This document shows, in pieces, positions 62,776 through 64,000 of a DNA stretch of 64,000 nt. Within the stretch, counting starts at the first letter, position 1; every line of letters begins with the position of its first letter. The translations under genes were made by a program, and so were the position numbers. Origin of the DNA: Octopus sinensis. Lineage: Eukaryota. Location of the stretch: contig NC_043013.1 of assembly GCF_006345805.1 (NCBI RefSeq), positions 23,932,001 through 23,996,000 on the forward strand, given 5' to 3'. Below the pieces are notes generated by a model that made no database searches, was not told the origin of the DNA, and worked only from the letters and a program-made list of their open reading frames with translations.

Positions 62776-64000
62776 TACTTACTGTAGAAGGAATTATTTA
62801 TTTACAAATTGTAGTCCCTTAACTCATCAACAGTGACTTTTTTGCTCATTTGGTAATTTAATCTAGTAAATAACCTTTTGAAGTGGTTATGAAAATTATT
62901 TTTGGTTATTTATTTACCCATTGAAAGCCATAGACTCGTAAAGATTTTTGAATTTAAGACAAACAAAAATCACACACATACCTAGAAAGTTCATGGGGAA
63001 TTTCACTGCTAAACTAAAAATGTGTGCCATGACTCTGTTTAATAGACCCACAGGCCTCTTAGCATTGTGCATATACACCAAAAGATTTCTCTAAACATAT
63101 GTATGATAGATAATTTTAATATATAAAAAATTTAAGCCAATAATCGTATGACTTGAATTAACTTATTTCATTTATGTTTCTATGGACCTAGCTCTGGTTT
63201 GGCAACAGATCTTCTAAGAGAATGGTTTGGAATTTGATACCTATTTAGTAAACTGTTTTATTAACCAAATTTATACTCAGTTATAAACAGTTGCACTAAC
63301 TTTTTAAACAATGGGTAAAAAATGGATAGAGTACTATGACAGGAGTAGAGGTGGATCTCACATAGCTAGAAAATTTTGAGTTGACATAATATGAACCAAA
63401 CTCGAATCAACTTGTTACTGAAACCTAATTCTTAATAAAAAATATTTATTTGAATTTGCGTCTTTTAGAAGAGAATTTAAAGGAATTTGATAATTTATTT
63501 AGGTTTTTGTAAAACTAACATTTGAATCTTTAAAGTTGAACTGAAATTGTTGTTCAAATAAAATGAATTGCTTTATTTACCATTTATATAAATACATTTT
63601 AAAATATATGTTATTAAAACTGACTCATAGGTTTCACTTAATTTCCATTCATAATCTCTTTAAAGATTTGGAACAAATAATTTAATATGAGAATTTTACT
63701 CAATAAATTAAAATAATTATTTAATTTATTTCTCATAGGGCCAACCCTAAAAACTGAAAAGGAAATATTTTAAAATAAGACTTTAATACTCAGCTTTTAA
63801 AACTAGAATATCTAAATTTATGTGTACTACTCTTTTCTTAGAAGAACCCTTTAAAAAATTCTTCCACAATGTTTTTTTTCTTTTACTGTATTTGAAATGT
63901 GTTTAATTCTGTATAATAAACCTATTAAGTTATAATATTGATCCACCTACAAGTGACTTGGTCATTATCGTTATGAAATTGTACCAGATGGATGTGTATG

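Noticed and set aside
61393-64000. PH-domain exons (GSGRAIPIKQG...)
   Set aside because: Not found; the remainder of the window is AT-rich intron.

Overview
AT-rich, microsatellite-dense eukaryotic DNA. I infer an octopus (coleoid cephalopod) genome from the recurring SINE and RTE families; this is recognition, not a database result. The window holds the middle of one + strand gene, an AGAP1/3 (centaurin-gamma) family member. Four exons (12330-12415, 19132-19273, 23059-23193, 36229-36476) splice in frame and encode most of the atypical GTPase-like domain plus a Ser/Thr-rich linker. Two probable phase 0-0 linker exons follow (56065-56187, 61294-61392). The 5' exons and the PH/ArfGAP/ankyrin exons were not found and presumably lie outside the window. 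Everything else is intron, filled with decayed mobile DNA: RTE LINEs with at least three 3'UTR architectures, two CR1-type LINEs, an R4/Dong-like fragment, tRNA-derived SINEs, non-autonomous Helitrons, mariner/Tc1 and piggyBac derivatives, and probable Penelope-like remnants. I found no intact, clearly new system and no prokaryotic features. The best leads are: a PHD-like zinc finger inserted inside an RTE reverse transcriptase; two degenerate minimal hammerhead motifs with stem I covariation; SINEs that carry either an RTE-type or a CR1-type 3' tail; a Helitron whose terminator hairpin includes its own CTAG end; a ~250-bp direct repeat bracketing a symmetric exon; and a 35-bp CR1 insertion with an apparent target-site duplication. 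All alignments were made by eye. Exon and TIR coordinates should be exact or close, while ends of decayed repeats are approximate.
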